Of a DNA stretch of 64,000 bases, positions 30,401 through 43,813 are shown in pieces. Each line of letters begins with the position of its first letter. Position 1 is the stretch's first letter. The DNA comes from Tubiluchus corallicola (Eukaryota; Animalia; Priapulida), in the NCBI GenBank assembly GCA_030141605.1, contig JAQGDQ010000096.1:372001-436000 (forward strand). The letters are read 5' to 3'. The notes under the pieces were generated by a model, which was given only the letters and a program-made list of their open reading frames with translations, did no database searches and was not told the origin of the DNA. Both the position numbers and the translations under genes were made by a program.

Positions 30401-33400
30401 CATTGTCAAAACTGATATTATTGATGCACACCTATGATGGCATGCATGTATTCTTACTAAAATGCTAGTTAACTGACACCTAAGAAAGATTTTATCATTA
30501 GCGAGCATATCAATGTTTTTTATTCATTAAAAGATAAAAAAAATAAACCAAAAATAAACATTAACTGAGTGGTCACAATCTGTACTTAGCAATTTGAACA
30601 TGGTTAATAATCAATATGTATGTATGGAAGTCTCACTATTGGAAAATGCATATACATATACATAAGCTACCATACTTCTGTTCAGCACAGGCCATGATAT
30701 GTCGATGTATTGCGATATCTTTCATTATGATATTCATATTGCCAAAGTGCACCCACATCGTAATAATCTGAGTCAAAGACATTTAGCAAATTAGCGAGTG
30801 CTTGACGGTAAACCTGTAGCTGTAGAGGGTACTGTATATATGTAAAGATTAGTACAGTGAGAACTAGTTGACTTAACACAGGCACTGCTAGCAGCCAAAA
30901 TGGTTAAAAACACAAGGTGTTTAATCTGTAGTAGGTTAATTATATTGTTTACATATAAATTTGTAGAATGGCAGAAGTGAACCAGAAAATGCACAAGCAA
31001 CTTTTAGACCAAAACAATTGACAAATTTTGCTTTTCTGGTGGCTTAAAATGCAAACAATAGCCTATACATTACACAAGTAATAAATAAAAATCAAGCAGT
31101 TTATCTAGTTATTTTAGCATATAGCTATCCGAAAACTGTTCTTTCATGAAATATGTTTAGCATTTACTATCAATGGCTTCATCTACTTATGTTTTGTAAA
31201 TGTTAACTCAGGCGTATTGTGATATGTGATCATATATATTGATCATATAATATTATGACCTAGATACTACATCCCTGTTTGTAGCATACCAAACTGTGTA
31301 GAAGAACAAGCATTTATGATTCAGTGAGCATCACAGCGTGAACAGTATGACAAATAATAATAAATAAGTTCTTACCACGAGTGAAAATGTATCATCAGGT
31401 GCAAGTTCTGCTACTTTAGCAACTGCTTCTAAGCAATGACGTAAGAATTGCTGCCATTCGGTTTCTTCATCATAATTCAAAGTCTCATCATCCAATTCTT
31501 CTAAATGTGACTGCAAAGAAAATTAGCAAATTGTTAAACAGGTATTTTGTAGGTTTAGAGATCCTTGCAGCTTACAGGAATATAGAAATGTTTATTATGA
31601 ACAATAAGCAAACAAAGACTATGGATGAAGCCATAGATACTCCAAAATTGTTACGACAGCAAAACACCATTTATTGCCACCCACATATTGTGATGGTTTG
31701 ACCCAAAACGAAGCCACTGGATATCAGCACTGCACAGCAGCCATAAGTAGTTAGTATGGAATGACCATATTGGTTCAAATGGCTGAAGGATAAGTGTGTT
31801 TAATATTTCAGCACCTGTTCCATAGAACTACCGTAAAACGCACTGGATTCTGGTGAGTTTAATTAAAAAAAATCACCTTTTCTTTCATTTCTCTGTTTAT
31901 TACTACATATTTGGTCCATTCAGGACTCCCACCTAAGTACAAAAATTAGCAATATACATGCTCTTATATTAGAAAATGCTAAATATCATTCATAAATCCA
32001 TCAATAGTATTTGTTTTCTTGTTGTTGGGGACTACAGTTGTGAAACCTATTAGAAGCCTTGTTTACTACAAATATTTTGTTCTGCGAAAAAATTCATAAA
32101 TTTTGCAAGGCCAATATTTTTGTCTACTGTTTAAAATAGCAGAAAGAATACATAATTTTCAAGACCATGCTAATGTTTAAAATTCTCTTAACCTTGTTCT
32201 TTCTACCAAATCCGTGGCAATATTTCAAACAAAATTTGATTTGCTCACGGTTCAATTTAAGGTGCGACCGCAAATGTCTATATCCAGTTGTGCTGTCTGT
32301 CAAGTGAAATGTCTTATGGTTAAAATTTGCAGCTTAAATCATGCACTACCTGATTATAACGAAACTGAAGCTTGTTCAGTATTTTTGAAACGAGTGACAC
32401 TAGGACTTCTTGGTATCGCAGTAATATGTAGTGTATGTCAACTTTTCTGCTTTTGATATCCACGTCCAGGTGATCAAGGAAAACAGACCATATCTCTAAG
32501 CAGTTGAAATAACCTACGCAAAACAAAAGTGTTAAGTTAATCAGTGTTAAAGACTAGGCCATTTTATGCATTTATAATTCAAACGGTCATTTAAAATAGC
32601 TCAGTGGTTTTGAAAGTGTCATGATCTAGTAAGTATTGGCAGTTCAATAAGCAAACTCCTCAGAATCGCTAGGAAATTCCTTCTTATGAAAAAAATCACA
32701 ACAAAATGCCAAGCCTTGAAATAATTAAAAATAAATGCTCACCTTCTTTTGAAGGCTGTTCAAAGGTATACTTGAATAAAAGAGCCAAGAATTCTAATAT
32801 CGGAAAGCGGCTGTTAGATTCAAACCTCTGTAGATGTAAACTGACAAAGAGTTGCAAAAAATCTGTGAACTTTTCTAAATAACTGCAAATAAAAAATAAA
32901 CAATAATGAGCATTTAAAACAAATAGTATTAATACAAAATATATGATGAATGCAGTAATATAAAAAACGTATCTGAAAGCAACTATCATGCAGTGCTCAA
33001 TGAAATATTGTTAAGATTAAATATTTTTAAATAAAAAATATTAATGATTGTAACAATTAGTGTAGTGTAGTAAATTTCATACTCTATTCTTTTCTATCTT
33101 TTGTTTCCAGAAAAAAAATTTAGTTTACATGTAATGCAAAGATAGCTGGTTCAGTATAATGTTAAATGTTACCAAAAAAGGGAATGTTGATGTGAAAGGA
33201 ATAGCCGAGTGGTTATGGTGTATATTTAGCAACCAAAGTAAAGCGATGCCAAGCCTGGTGAGTAAATGAATAGATGCTGCTGGGTAGTTTTGCCTGAGAT
33301 ACCGCTTGTGGTTATGTTTCTTGTTGAGCAACGAAAGATCGCAGCATGGCAAAAACATCTGACGCCTTAGTTGCTTATATTACAGGACTAATCCCTAATA

Positions 33401-36400
33401 GATACAAACAAGTCCCGTTGTAATCACCTACATCTATTGTTTGCAGAGTGCTGAATTGAATAGCAGTCAATAAATAAACCAGATAACCCTCATAACTTTT
33501 AGTATACTGGTCAGACATACCTTTCATCTAGGCTAGGAAGCATGCTCTTTGATGAAGTAGAACTATTGTCACGAGTTAAACGTTGTAGAAGCTGGAATGT
33601 CTGGTGAAACATCTGCAGTAAAAATTCTTCAAATGCAGCAGGAACACAATTCTTTGCTATCACCTGCAAAAATAATGCAAAATTGTTACCAGTCAGACGA
33701 GTGAAAAAAAGTTACGCAATGAAGTTTGATAAATAGTAAAATATCTTCCTTGAACTGCAAAATGTGCAAGTTACCCAAATTTTGTACGTTATTGTAAAAG
33801 TTGTAAGATGAATACCTAAAACACAGAGCTATTTTTTATTAGAAACTCAGACTAATTATGATTTTTTTAATTTTATTATGTTCTAATGTATAATAACTAT
33901 TATATTACATAATTATTATATATTAAAGTTAATATATGAAAGGTATATTATAATTTTCAAACATTAAAAACTGCATTGCCAAACTTTTAAAAAAACAAAT
34001 AACCCTGTAAATGGAAAACGGCTATGACTAACCTGTACATCACCTGTCCATTAAAAAAACACCATTAATATATTACGTAAATCGCGTCATAACTCTAATC
34101 TCTGCCCCACTATAGTTACGCACCTCATTAATACAGGCCATGCCCAGAACACCAATCTCCGTCCCACTTGCATTTGACAGAGCAGGTTCACATCCAAAGC
34201 TTGCAAAATGGAAAACCATGTTTAGCAAGGATGGCGTGATCATTGACGACAAAGGAATCCAGCTGAATAAATGCGACAAACATTCTAACGCTAGTAAACA
34301 AACTCTTTGTGATTCTTCGTCTAATGGAGGCAACACTTCTAAGTTATCTTTTCTGAGAGATTTGAACATGTTGCTCAAAGCATCATCTGATTAAATAAAA
34401 AACAACTGGTTAATTTAACTTGTAGTTAGTTTAAACTTAGTTTATTTGGTTCAGATTAGACAGTTTTTAAAATTTATACACGAATCCTCACAGTGCAAGT
34501 GTAAGTACAAGAGAAGTGCAGAAAAAACAAAGTAATATAAATACAAACAAACAGAAATAGATATACATGCATACATACAAATATATATAAACAATGACAT
34601 ATACATAGAAAGTTAATAGATGTGACACAATGAATAATATAACAAAGGAAAAATAACCATGTCTTGAAATCTACCGTAAAATACACAAGGTCTATGGTCT
34701 GATCACATCAAAATGTTTAGTACTCCTACTGTAATTTTGAATGCAGTAAAAATTTTACAGTTACAACATTAAAATCATCACTTACACAAAGATGCAATGA
34801 TAACAGTTCACTATTACTATATTGTATTACTCGTAGTTACAGACTATATGTAACCATGACAGCAAGAGTGACAGCAATGATATCAGCCTTGCAGAAGAGA
34901 ACATAATAATATAAAAAAAAAGAAATCAAGCAAAAAAAAGTCATGTCAGATTTATTTTCAGCTGAAAAATGTCTGGCACAGATAGGTGCAAGACTATCAA
35001 ATTCTAGTGCCGACTAAAGGAGGCAAAAAATCAATACATAACAAAAAATCATAAATATCATTATCATATCCTGATAAATACTTGTGCTATCAAAAAACAG
35101 GAGGTACTATTTTTGAAGTCTTTAGTATATATGACCTGGCTAATAATTTGTCATGCACAGCACAAAATATTTTTTGTTAGCCTACTTCACTTGAACATGC
35201 AAACATTAAGAGCCTTTAGAAGACCTACCTGAATGTAAGGGTGAGGTAGAGAACATAGATAAGCTTGCTTTATCATTGTCATGTGTCGGTGACGGAGGTG
35301 GCGTAGCCGTCACCAAATGACGGTGCTTTTCTAATGTAGATTCCAAAATGCCTAGAATAGATTACTTAGTATAGTAAATAAGAATTTGTATATAATACTT
35401 ATATAATTAACCAAGTGTGATTTAAAGGCCCTTTGTAGGATTTTAGAAGGATAAGCAATTGATTTCCTAAGATGAGAGATGAGAAGTTTTTAACACTGGA
35501 TCTGGCTTAATGCTTTTAGTGTAATCAAAAGTGTAGGACAAGAGTTGCAAAATGTTCATTCTAAGAAAAAATGCACACAAAGTTAAAATTTCAGAAATGA
35601 CCTGTATGGAGGTATGCATAAAATCCATGTTATATAAGTCAAAATTACTGAAAAATAAAAATTATCGTAAAACTGTAAAGCTCAAACTTCTAAAAATTAA
35701 GATGTAAACTGCAAATCTCAAAATAGTAAAACCTGTTAGTGTGCTGAGGAGAATAGTTGAGTATAACAGTCGGCTTGGATGCAAAGTTAAGCAAGTCAAG
35801 ACCTTCTTAATAAATGTATAAGTGGCTACCAGAAAAGCTGCTTCTAGATTATTGTATTGGGTGGATAAAAAAGAAAGCCCCTTTAAAAGAATCATTAAAA
35901 TATACAGTTAAAGACAATACAACTTTATTAAAAATTAAAACTTTTACATTAAAAAGTTAAAATTATGCCAAACATTTCGACAGGCTGTTGTGAACCTGTT
36001 TGGTTTCTGTTAACTGCTTAATTAGTGCGTAATAGGCTCTGCCTATATAAACTGGTTATATGTTTGTAAATTCGTCACCGATGATGGCAGCAGCAGTGTG
36101 TCGAAGTGTTTGGCATGACTTTAACTTTTTGATGTAAAAGTTTAATAAAGTTACTTTGTTCTTAACTATAAACGCTTTTAAGTGCTTGAATTAAAAATTG
36201 ACTTGGATTAATCTTTAAAATTTATCTCTCTCTGCATTGGAATCAATCCTTCTGCCAAACAGCACAAAAAAGGAACAAGGAGAAATACAGGTAGCTTAAT
36301 GTTTGTGTGAACTTCACCTGTTACTGTGTTGAGAACATTAGGTAACTGATCTAGTAACAACTTTTTCAGCTCCTCTTTCCTAGACACGCTGAGATCCTCT

Positions 36401-39400
36401 CGAGGACAAACCATCTCCTCTGATGTTGTCCGAATCAATATTAACCCTAATATAACCGTTTGAGGTTGTTGCAATAACTGCAATAAAAAGATTAAACATG
36501 AACATATGTAAAGACTATGAAAGCAGAACCTACAAACAGTAGCTTCAAACATTTTTTATTAGATACTTTCTTTTATTAATGTTAATATTGTTATTAGTAT
36601 TGTTGCTTTAGTAGAGTCAATAGTTGTTCGCTATAATTTTATTTTAAAGACAAGAATTAGTTTCAAAATTGTGCAATTGGATTAAAACACGCATCCACAA
36701 ATTATCTAGAAATCATAAGTGATTTAACTCAAAGGTCAGATGAGACAACCCTTGGCATCTTGTCACTGTGTTCAGGGCTGGTGCTTTGAAGTGCGGGGCA
36801 AAATTAGTGGAGCCTCTACCCTATAAAAGCTGAAGTTTAATGTTTTATGCTTTGTGTAGTACACCAGTCCCAGCCAAAAATAGTTCAGGGCTTCAGCCTC
36901 CACCATTAGCCACAATGATATACTAAAAATTGAAAACCTCATATGGAAGTTTTATTGTCAAGTCACGAAAATTACTGACATACTGTTTGCGCATATGCCT
37001 TCCACATACAGACTTTGGGCACACTGCATAATTCATTTTAGTGCTTTACGCCCCAGCGTGTACGCAGGGCCAATTTGAACAAATTTGTCTAATTGGCTTA
37101 GAACCGACCCTGACTGTGTTTGAATTCACCACATTTCAAAACCTGATACAATTTTCTTACAAACAGGGAATTACGAAATGATAATCCACAGATAATAAAA
37201 AAGTACTGATTCAGCAATTACATTCAGTGAAACAAAGAAACTTGTTCATACAGACATCTCTCGTGTACATAAATCTGTCAATCTTACCTGCATGATATTT
37301 TCGAAGAAATCAGGGTAGAAATGTGGCCAGTCCAGACGCCCAATGTCTACAATCAATTTTGCAAGTTTATTACGCACAAATGTTGGCACCTGATCATGTT
37401 TGCAAAGAAGAAAATGAGACACGGTGTTTCGAGCCTCTGTCTTGCTTGCAGCTCCTAATCCAATCCACTGCCGATTGACTAGATTCTAGACAAAAAACAT
37501 TGACTTTAAATTGCATCAGTACTGCAACATACAAATTTTAACACTATTACTCTGTTAGCGCATAACATATGTAGTAAAGGAATGTGTACAAACCTCTAAC
37601 AGTGTTAGACAAAACATCATAACGTACTGATCTGACGTATGAGTCAAAAAATAAAGACTGTGCTTCCATGATTCTCTTTGTTGACTAAAATTGTTGAGCA
37701 ATTCCTCTGCAACAAAAAGAAAAGAAACATATTGATCAACTTATTGAATGATAACAGCAGTTTTACTGCCAACAGTAACAGTTTGCACAGTGTAATCAGA
37801 ATTAGCTATGAGCATATAGATATGTCCAACACAGGAAATCCAAGAATCAAGGTCTCAACTAAAAAGCCTGTAAAATGTTGTATTTCCACTTGGACTCGAG
37901 CTCAAAACCTTCTGCTTTGTCAGTCTTGTGGCAAATCATTCATCACAAAGATACTCAACTTTTCAGACACAAGGCATTAAAGATCCATCAATTTGGCATC
38001 ATAGCATCAAGGCATGTGAGATCAATCCAATAAATACACAAAAACCAACATACTAAATTGGAAAGCCTTAAAACTATTGCACCTCAACTGGGATTTGAAT
38101 CAAAGAGCTTTTGCTATCTGGGCAGCTATGCAATATATGGTCATAGAACAAATACATTGAATATTCAAACAGAGGCTTTGAAAAACAGTATTCGACTACT
38201 AAATACTAGTTAGCTGGTTTGCTGAGTACAGGAATCATAATCTGCAGCACTGTAGAGTTGACGTGAATGAAAAATAATCTAAGTGGTAACAAAATTTAAG
38301 TTACGTGCAAATCTGAATTTGGAATGTTTAGTTTAAAATTAAAATTAAGTAATAGTAAAACTATTACTTTAACGGAAGTGGTGCTGACAAGCCACTGGCG
38401 TAGCAGTGTCTAGTTTTTTTGCTGGATTACTGTTGCGTTTACCAGGTCTGAAGGCAGATTTCTTTTATTTTAGAATTCTGCCTGCCCAATGTCTACAATA
38501 GACGTGACAGGCATATGATGATGATGGTGAATAGTAAAACTGTTCTGCAAAATTAGAATAAAAAAACGCTGCTACACATTTTTTCCAGAACTCATGCCAC
38601 ACCAACAACAACGAATAACAAACACAAACAAATGCTTTTAGTAAAAAATTAAAATGCTTTAACCTTTAATCAATATGCTCTAAAGTTTAAGATTCTCAAA
38701 ACCTAAAAACTCTACCAATTAAACTCTAAATGTCATAACTATGCAGATATTTGTGTTTATTGTACCTATCTGCCGCTTGCGTTCATTAGTCGTATGCGGA
38801 GCAAAAAATTCCTGCATTAAATTTTCTAACGCTTTGAGTGATTCTTCATTTGAAGCCTGAAAAAATAAATAAAGTAAGAAACCTTAGAACGTGATCGACT
38901 AAGATGAAACCAAGATGAGTGTAATATTGTTCTATAATTTATGCAGAAATTATGCAAATTAGTTTTGCTAAACTATAGAGCATGCTCTGGAAATAGTTTT
39001 ACAGTCTGTTTTGTCAAACTTGTCATACACCCATACAGAAACTACATTTGGATACCTTTCCAGTAGATACTGAGTTACTGGTCATTAAACAGTTTCAAAC
39101 AAAACAAATCTCACAATATATTTTTACACTGCAAAACGTCACGATTTTTTCTCTAACGAAGTCTAAATAATCTAAAATTTAAATGTCAAAAATTTGTTGG
39201 TGGACATCTGATTAGTACTTTCATGAAGAAATTATTGGTGGTTAATGATTAACACCCTCTAAGTAATTAATTTATATTAATCGTGTTAATCTCTGACTTG
39301 ATTTATAGCCTTTCAACAAAGTAGCCAAGTTTACAATATGTACAACATTACTTTTTTACATACATGTATATTACTTACATAACTCAGCAACTGCTTGCTA

Positions 39401-42400
39401 GGATAGAGTAAAAATGCTAATTTACAAATCACATTTAAGAGTTCTAAAATGTGGCCCTTCATGAAAAACTTTGACAGCTAAAATTTGAGATGGTTTGCCT
39501 CCAGGCTTCAGATGCCCTATTTGCTAAAATAGTATTTAAATTACATTGCCAGTCATATCAGCAAAAATCAATCAATCATAACACGTTACTCAACCTTATC
39601 TGCCCAGCCACTGATATGGTATATATCTGCTTAGGATTTTGTAGCATAGTGTACATTAATAATCTTACATGAGTCATTCGAGTGTTTAAATTTTCCACTA
39701 TAAGAATAATTTCTTGTTAAGTTAATTGATTTTAATATAACTAATTATTGACTAATCATCCATCACTACATATAATTACTAGTTCTAAAACTACTTCACT
39801 CATAATTGCAAAATTTCATAAAAAAGATTGATTATGAACAAAAAAATTTCTTGACTTTTGTTACTAAAAATTATGGTTCTAAAAAATGTAGAACTACTTC
39901 AAAACAAGGACTTCATAAACCCCATTGAAGGAGCTTAACAACCCTATGGGTGTTGCAGCCAGAATACCAGTCATGGCAGTTCTACAACCAGAGAGCTGTG
40001 CATATCGATACAAATACTAGTTGTGGTCCCTACCGTAAGCATGTTCATCAAGTTTAGGAAGTGGAAGCTATGTTGTGGAATGAGATTCTAGCTTTTCTCA
40101 TCCAAACATGGTGTCATTTTCACTTCATTCAGTTGTTTCTAATCTATTGTCGTGTTTAAATCAGTGGACTAACTTCTTTGATGATCCTTACTTTGCCTTG
40201 TATGATGTACTTTTATCTTGACTTCAAAAAGGGATTCGATTTCGTCCCTCACCAGCGTCTCTTACTTAAGATTGAGTATTCCGGTATGAGGTAAGCTTCT
40301 TAAATGGTTAGTTACTTTCCTACCCAACACTTCCAACGTGTTGTTCAGTTCATAATGACGTATCTACTGAATACCCCTGTTGTTGATGGTATTTTCCAAG
40401 GTATCTTCATTCTTGTTTCCTAATCATTATTAATGACATTACTGGTTGTATTACTTACTTAAAATGTAGAAGATTTGCATACATTAAAATTGTTAACTGT
40501 ACTACAAACTCATGAGTAAAAGCACATAAAATCCACATACTTGACACACTAAGTATATGGGATTGAGTCCTATTATTTGTTAAAGCATTTTAGTCCAATC
40601 TGGCATGATCTCGATTGTTACATTTTACAAAATGACAGATGGAATTTTACACTGGTGCAACAATGGTTAATGGCCGTTAAACCTAGTAAATGTCCTTTGT
40701 TTAGAATTGCCCTAAATCTACAATCCCTTACTTTCTGAAAAATGTACAAATAGCTAAAAAAAGATGATATCAGACATTTGGGAGTAATGATTTCTAACGA
40801 CCTCAAATGCAATTCTCATATGAACCACATCATTGCAAAAGCAAACAGTCGTATTGGTACAATCAAGCGATGTGTTATATCGAGAAATGTGTTTGTCATT
40901 ATTTCTCTCTATAAAGCTGTTGTTCGGCCCATTTTCAAATATGTGTCGGTTGCATTCTTAAGAATGTACTCGAAAGAACTCAGGAAAAATGTCTTGCTAT
41001 TGACTTGGATTCCACTTTGATTCTACTCTCGAGCAAAGGCATGAGGCTGTGAACCTTCTGAATTGATTCAAAAAAAGGAAACACGATTCTGACAGAGGCA
41101 GACTTTTTTCTTACACAGTTGTTCGTGATCATAAGTCTAAGTTATTTGTTCAACCAGCCAGAACCAACATCAGATTTCGCTTATTTGGGTATCGTGTAGT
41201 TCAGACATGATTATGTTACGCCATCAAACATCAGTGCTTCATCAGTCGAAAGTTTCAAAAGACATTTGAGAAAGGATCGCTCACAGATAGTTACAATCTT
41301 GGCCCGTATTTCTTTGGACTGGGTATTTTTGAATAAAGGAAGCACAGTATTATCGGTGTGCACGTTAAAATGCCATTACACAGTACATGCAGTGGCTGAA
41401 TTTTCTGCACTCTTATTATAGAGTTTACATTATAGAGTTTACACAAAGGCCACGCAGATTGAATTTGCATGCATGCCCTGTTGGTTGCTATTGTGTGAAA
41501 ATGTGTAAAACCTAATCAACAATGATCATGGCTAGTCGACTAAACAACAGGCTAGCCCTATAGTGGCAGGTGTTAAACAAATTAGCTTAATGCTGCGTTA
41601 GGCAACCGGAATATGCATTAGTATAGATTCATGCTAATAATTTTGCTCCACGTTACTTAAAATGCTGCAAAATTGCCCAACCGTGGATGCTCAAGCAATT
41701 CAGCACTGGGAGAACAAGCAAGTAAACTTTTTTGACGTTTTGCAAGATTTAGACGTAATAAATATTTTTGACAATAGAAGCCAGCAAAATGAAAAACTGT
41801 TTCTTGAAACGGCAGGTCAGTTGATGGAAACTGGTATAAAAAATGTGGCAACAGTGCCAATCAATGACTGAGTTCCTCAATTGATGCCAATTGTAGTGTA
41901 GAAAAGGAGCACTATAAATGTGTTATATGAAAGGAAGTCTTGAATAGTATACTTCTAAAAAGTCTTTGACGACATACTAGAAGTTTTGGGTGCACATGGT
42001 TAGTATACACGCTGCAACTTGCTAACTGATGATGGTATTAGAGGTTATGAGAAGAGGTGAAACAAGCAAAACAAACATGGTGGGTGCGGGCCTAAAACAC
42101 AGTTAGATTTACAGACAGGTTAAGTGGGATGGCACCCTCATGGTAGAAACAGCAGAGGGTGCTAGTGCTCGGAAGTGATTTCTCTGATATCCGGTGGAAG
42201 TTTGTTCCATGAAATAAATGACTTGACTATGAGCAGACTTAATAATTATTAACGTGAAAATATTCTGCATTATTGTCTACTGTGCATTCTCTCACCCCAG
42301 TACATAGTGCAATAGCCCAGCAGAACTGTCAGCTGCCGCTAGAAGTACTTAACGGTGAGCGAACCCTGCCTTTGTTATTACCATTAGTTAATTGGTTAGT

Positions 42401-42646
42401 GGCCAGATTCAACCTGCGTTGCTTTCGTGTGAACTCGTGTCCATATTGCGCACAAGTTTATAGTATTGGTAGCGATTCTCAGGTACGGAAAGCGCCAACA
42501 TTTTAAGTAAGCAACGATGTAACATTTCATCGAGTCTATATTCTTTCCTTTCCCCCTGGGTAAAACTGTCACATTAAATGATTAAACAACTTTGACATAA
42601 ATAAAAGATACAAATCAAAATTATCTTCAATTTCTATAATTACCAT
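18487..42646 (-). CDS. XPO6: Exportin-6 (profilin-actin nuclear export receptor), complete, 24 coding exons
   Basis: Hand-spliced GT-AG exons, all phase-consistent: 42646-42644 (ATG only), 38856-38766, 37706-37594, 37485-37288, 36477-36318, 35351-35229, 34386-34124, 33663-33521, 32882-32743, 32513-32350, 31510-31376, 29685-29456, 29115-29023, 28411-28261, 27698-27552, 26886-26697, 25488-25333, 23713-23539, 22714-22603, 22016-21852, 21291-21193, 19930-19866, 19551-19386, 18588-18487. The N-terminus MASNEESLKALENLMQEFF..TTNERKRQIEELLNNF, internal TATPPPSP and RRLHCSLRDLSS, and the C-terminus DLRYYQLCNSSLAPGTVKF* all match human XPO6 as remembered. Confidence 0.95.
22095..22270 (+). mobile_element. 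Non-autonomous repeat fragment, possibly Helentron/HINE-like
   Basis: AAGTTTCGCAGTAATCGGTTTAGTAGTT...CACTTCCTTGGTGGAGGTAA resembles a widespread element end (CCTTGGCGGAGGTAA). Family assignment is from memory only. Confidence 0.35.
23436..23551 (-). repeat. About three copies of a 36-bp unit spanning the XPO6 exon-18 donor
   Basis: Unit GTAGTAGAAAA|GTTAGTAATTAACCTTGCTGTATGT, translating as VVEKLVINLAVC. Confidence 0.95.
27718..28215. repeat. About 12 copies of a 42-bp minisatellite filling XPO6 intron 14
   Basis: Consensus TAAGGATCTCTATCTCACTCTACAACTAACAGTAGGACATTT, with block-wise variants. Confidence 0.95.
28386..28585 (-). repeat. About four copies of a 45/48-bp unit spanning the XPO6 exon-14 acceptor
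   Basis: Unit TCTCTGAATTATGAATCTCATTACAG|ACATGCCCAAGCAATGGCT, translating as SLNYESHYRHAQAMA. Confidence 0.95.
35903..36170. mobile_element. Foldback resembling an inverted Penelope-like terminal repeat
   Basis: About 85-bp imperfect inverted arms (35903-35990 and 36091-36170), with CCGATGATGG...CGAAG at 36078-36106 and AATAAA downstream. Confidence 0.5.
36773..37112. mobile_element. hAT-type MITE
   Basis: Ends CAGGGCTGGT ... ACCGACCCTG, flanked by a perfect 8-bp target-site duplication ACTGTGTT (36765-36772 and 37113-37120). Confidence 0.85.
40040..41270 (+). mobile_element. Decayed CR1/L2-group LINE reverse-transcriptase region in XPO6 intron 1
   Basis: Frameshifted motifs YLDFKKGFDFVPHQRLLLKI and LGVMISNDLKCNSHMNHIIAKANSRIGTIKRC..SLYKAVVRPIFKY. 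Confidence 0.8.
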
Positions 42647-43380
42647 GAGTCTGCCTCGTTCTAAAACACCATTCAGCAAACATAAAAGTAGCAAAGACAA
42701 CAAGAACTACGCCACAGTAAAAGCTTCAAAATAAAAATGTGACAAACTCGTTGCAATGGAAGCAGCCATACTGTGAGTGTGACTACTTTCTCGTTATAAA
42801 GACGAAACCACTTTGGACGAACGCACAACTTTGCGCTTTTCAACATCCGTAAATCTATGGCAGAGCTAGAAAAACCAAAGATGTGGTTTCGTATATTGGA
42901 TTATTGGTAACATGAAGTCGTGCCGAGTGACCACTGACATAGCACGGTGTGGTTTTTTGCCGTATTAAATGCCGTTCTTACGTGTGCTGAATGACAGATT
43001 CCTTTTATTATAAAATTCTGCCTGCTCAATGTTTACAATAGAGGTACACATGGGCACTATTGATAACCATGCTAGTTGGAACTCAAGGAATTACCAGGAA
43101 TATATAATAACAAATATGTATGTTATACTAATTATCTATTCAAAAAACGCTAGAGCTCAAAATATTCAGTCAACACTTTGTATGATAAGGGCAACAATAG
43201 ACAAAATAAACATATTGTTTCTACAATAAAACACGGATCTTCATTAAATTTTGAAATTAAATTTACGCTGTATCAGCTTATATTTACACAGTTTTACAGT
43301 GAAATCAAGATAGTCATAACGAAAGTTTTGACATACAAAAATTCTAAGGAAAATCATTTGCAAAATTAAACAATATGCAA

Positions 43381-43741
43381 TATGGGTGAGCATTCCCTAC
43401 CAGAAAGCGAATTCGAATCGAACCGAATTTGTGACTTTCGAATTCGAATCGAACTTCAGTGTTTCGAATTCGAATTGAGATCGAAAGATTTTCGAACAAG
43501 TTTTCGAACCACCAGCAAAAAGTAGTCTTACAAAGATCATGCATATCACTAGATTTTGTTCTGCAATAAAACGATTAGTAATTTCTTTAAAATTGGGCGC
43601 AGAAATCACAGCTAAATTATGCTAATTGCATGGTGTTTCAATCGTTTTAGTGATAAAGAACATGTGTGATTGAAGTGCTGAATTATTCGAATCTATAGTT
43701 TTGGATTTGAATCGAGTTCGAACGTTCGATGCTCACCCCTA
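43381..43741. mobile_element. hAT-type MITE with internal TTCGAA repeats
   Basis: Ends TATGGGTGAGCAT ... ATGCTCACCCCTA, flanked by a perfect 8-bp target-site duplication ATATGCAA (43373-43380 and 43742-43749). Confidence 0.88.
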
Positions 43742-43813
43742 ATATGCAAGCATTAACAGCTTTGTTAATTATTCTTGTACCATAGTCAAATTAATGCAAC
43801 AGACCATAAGTTC

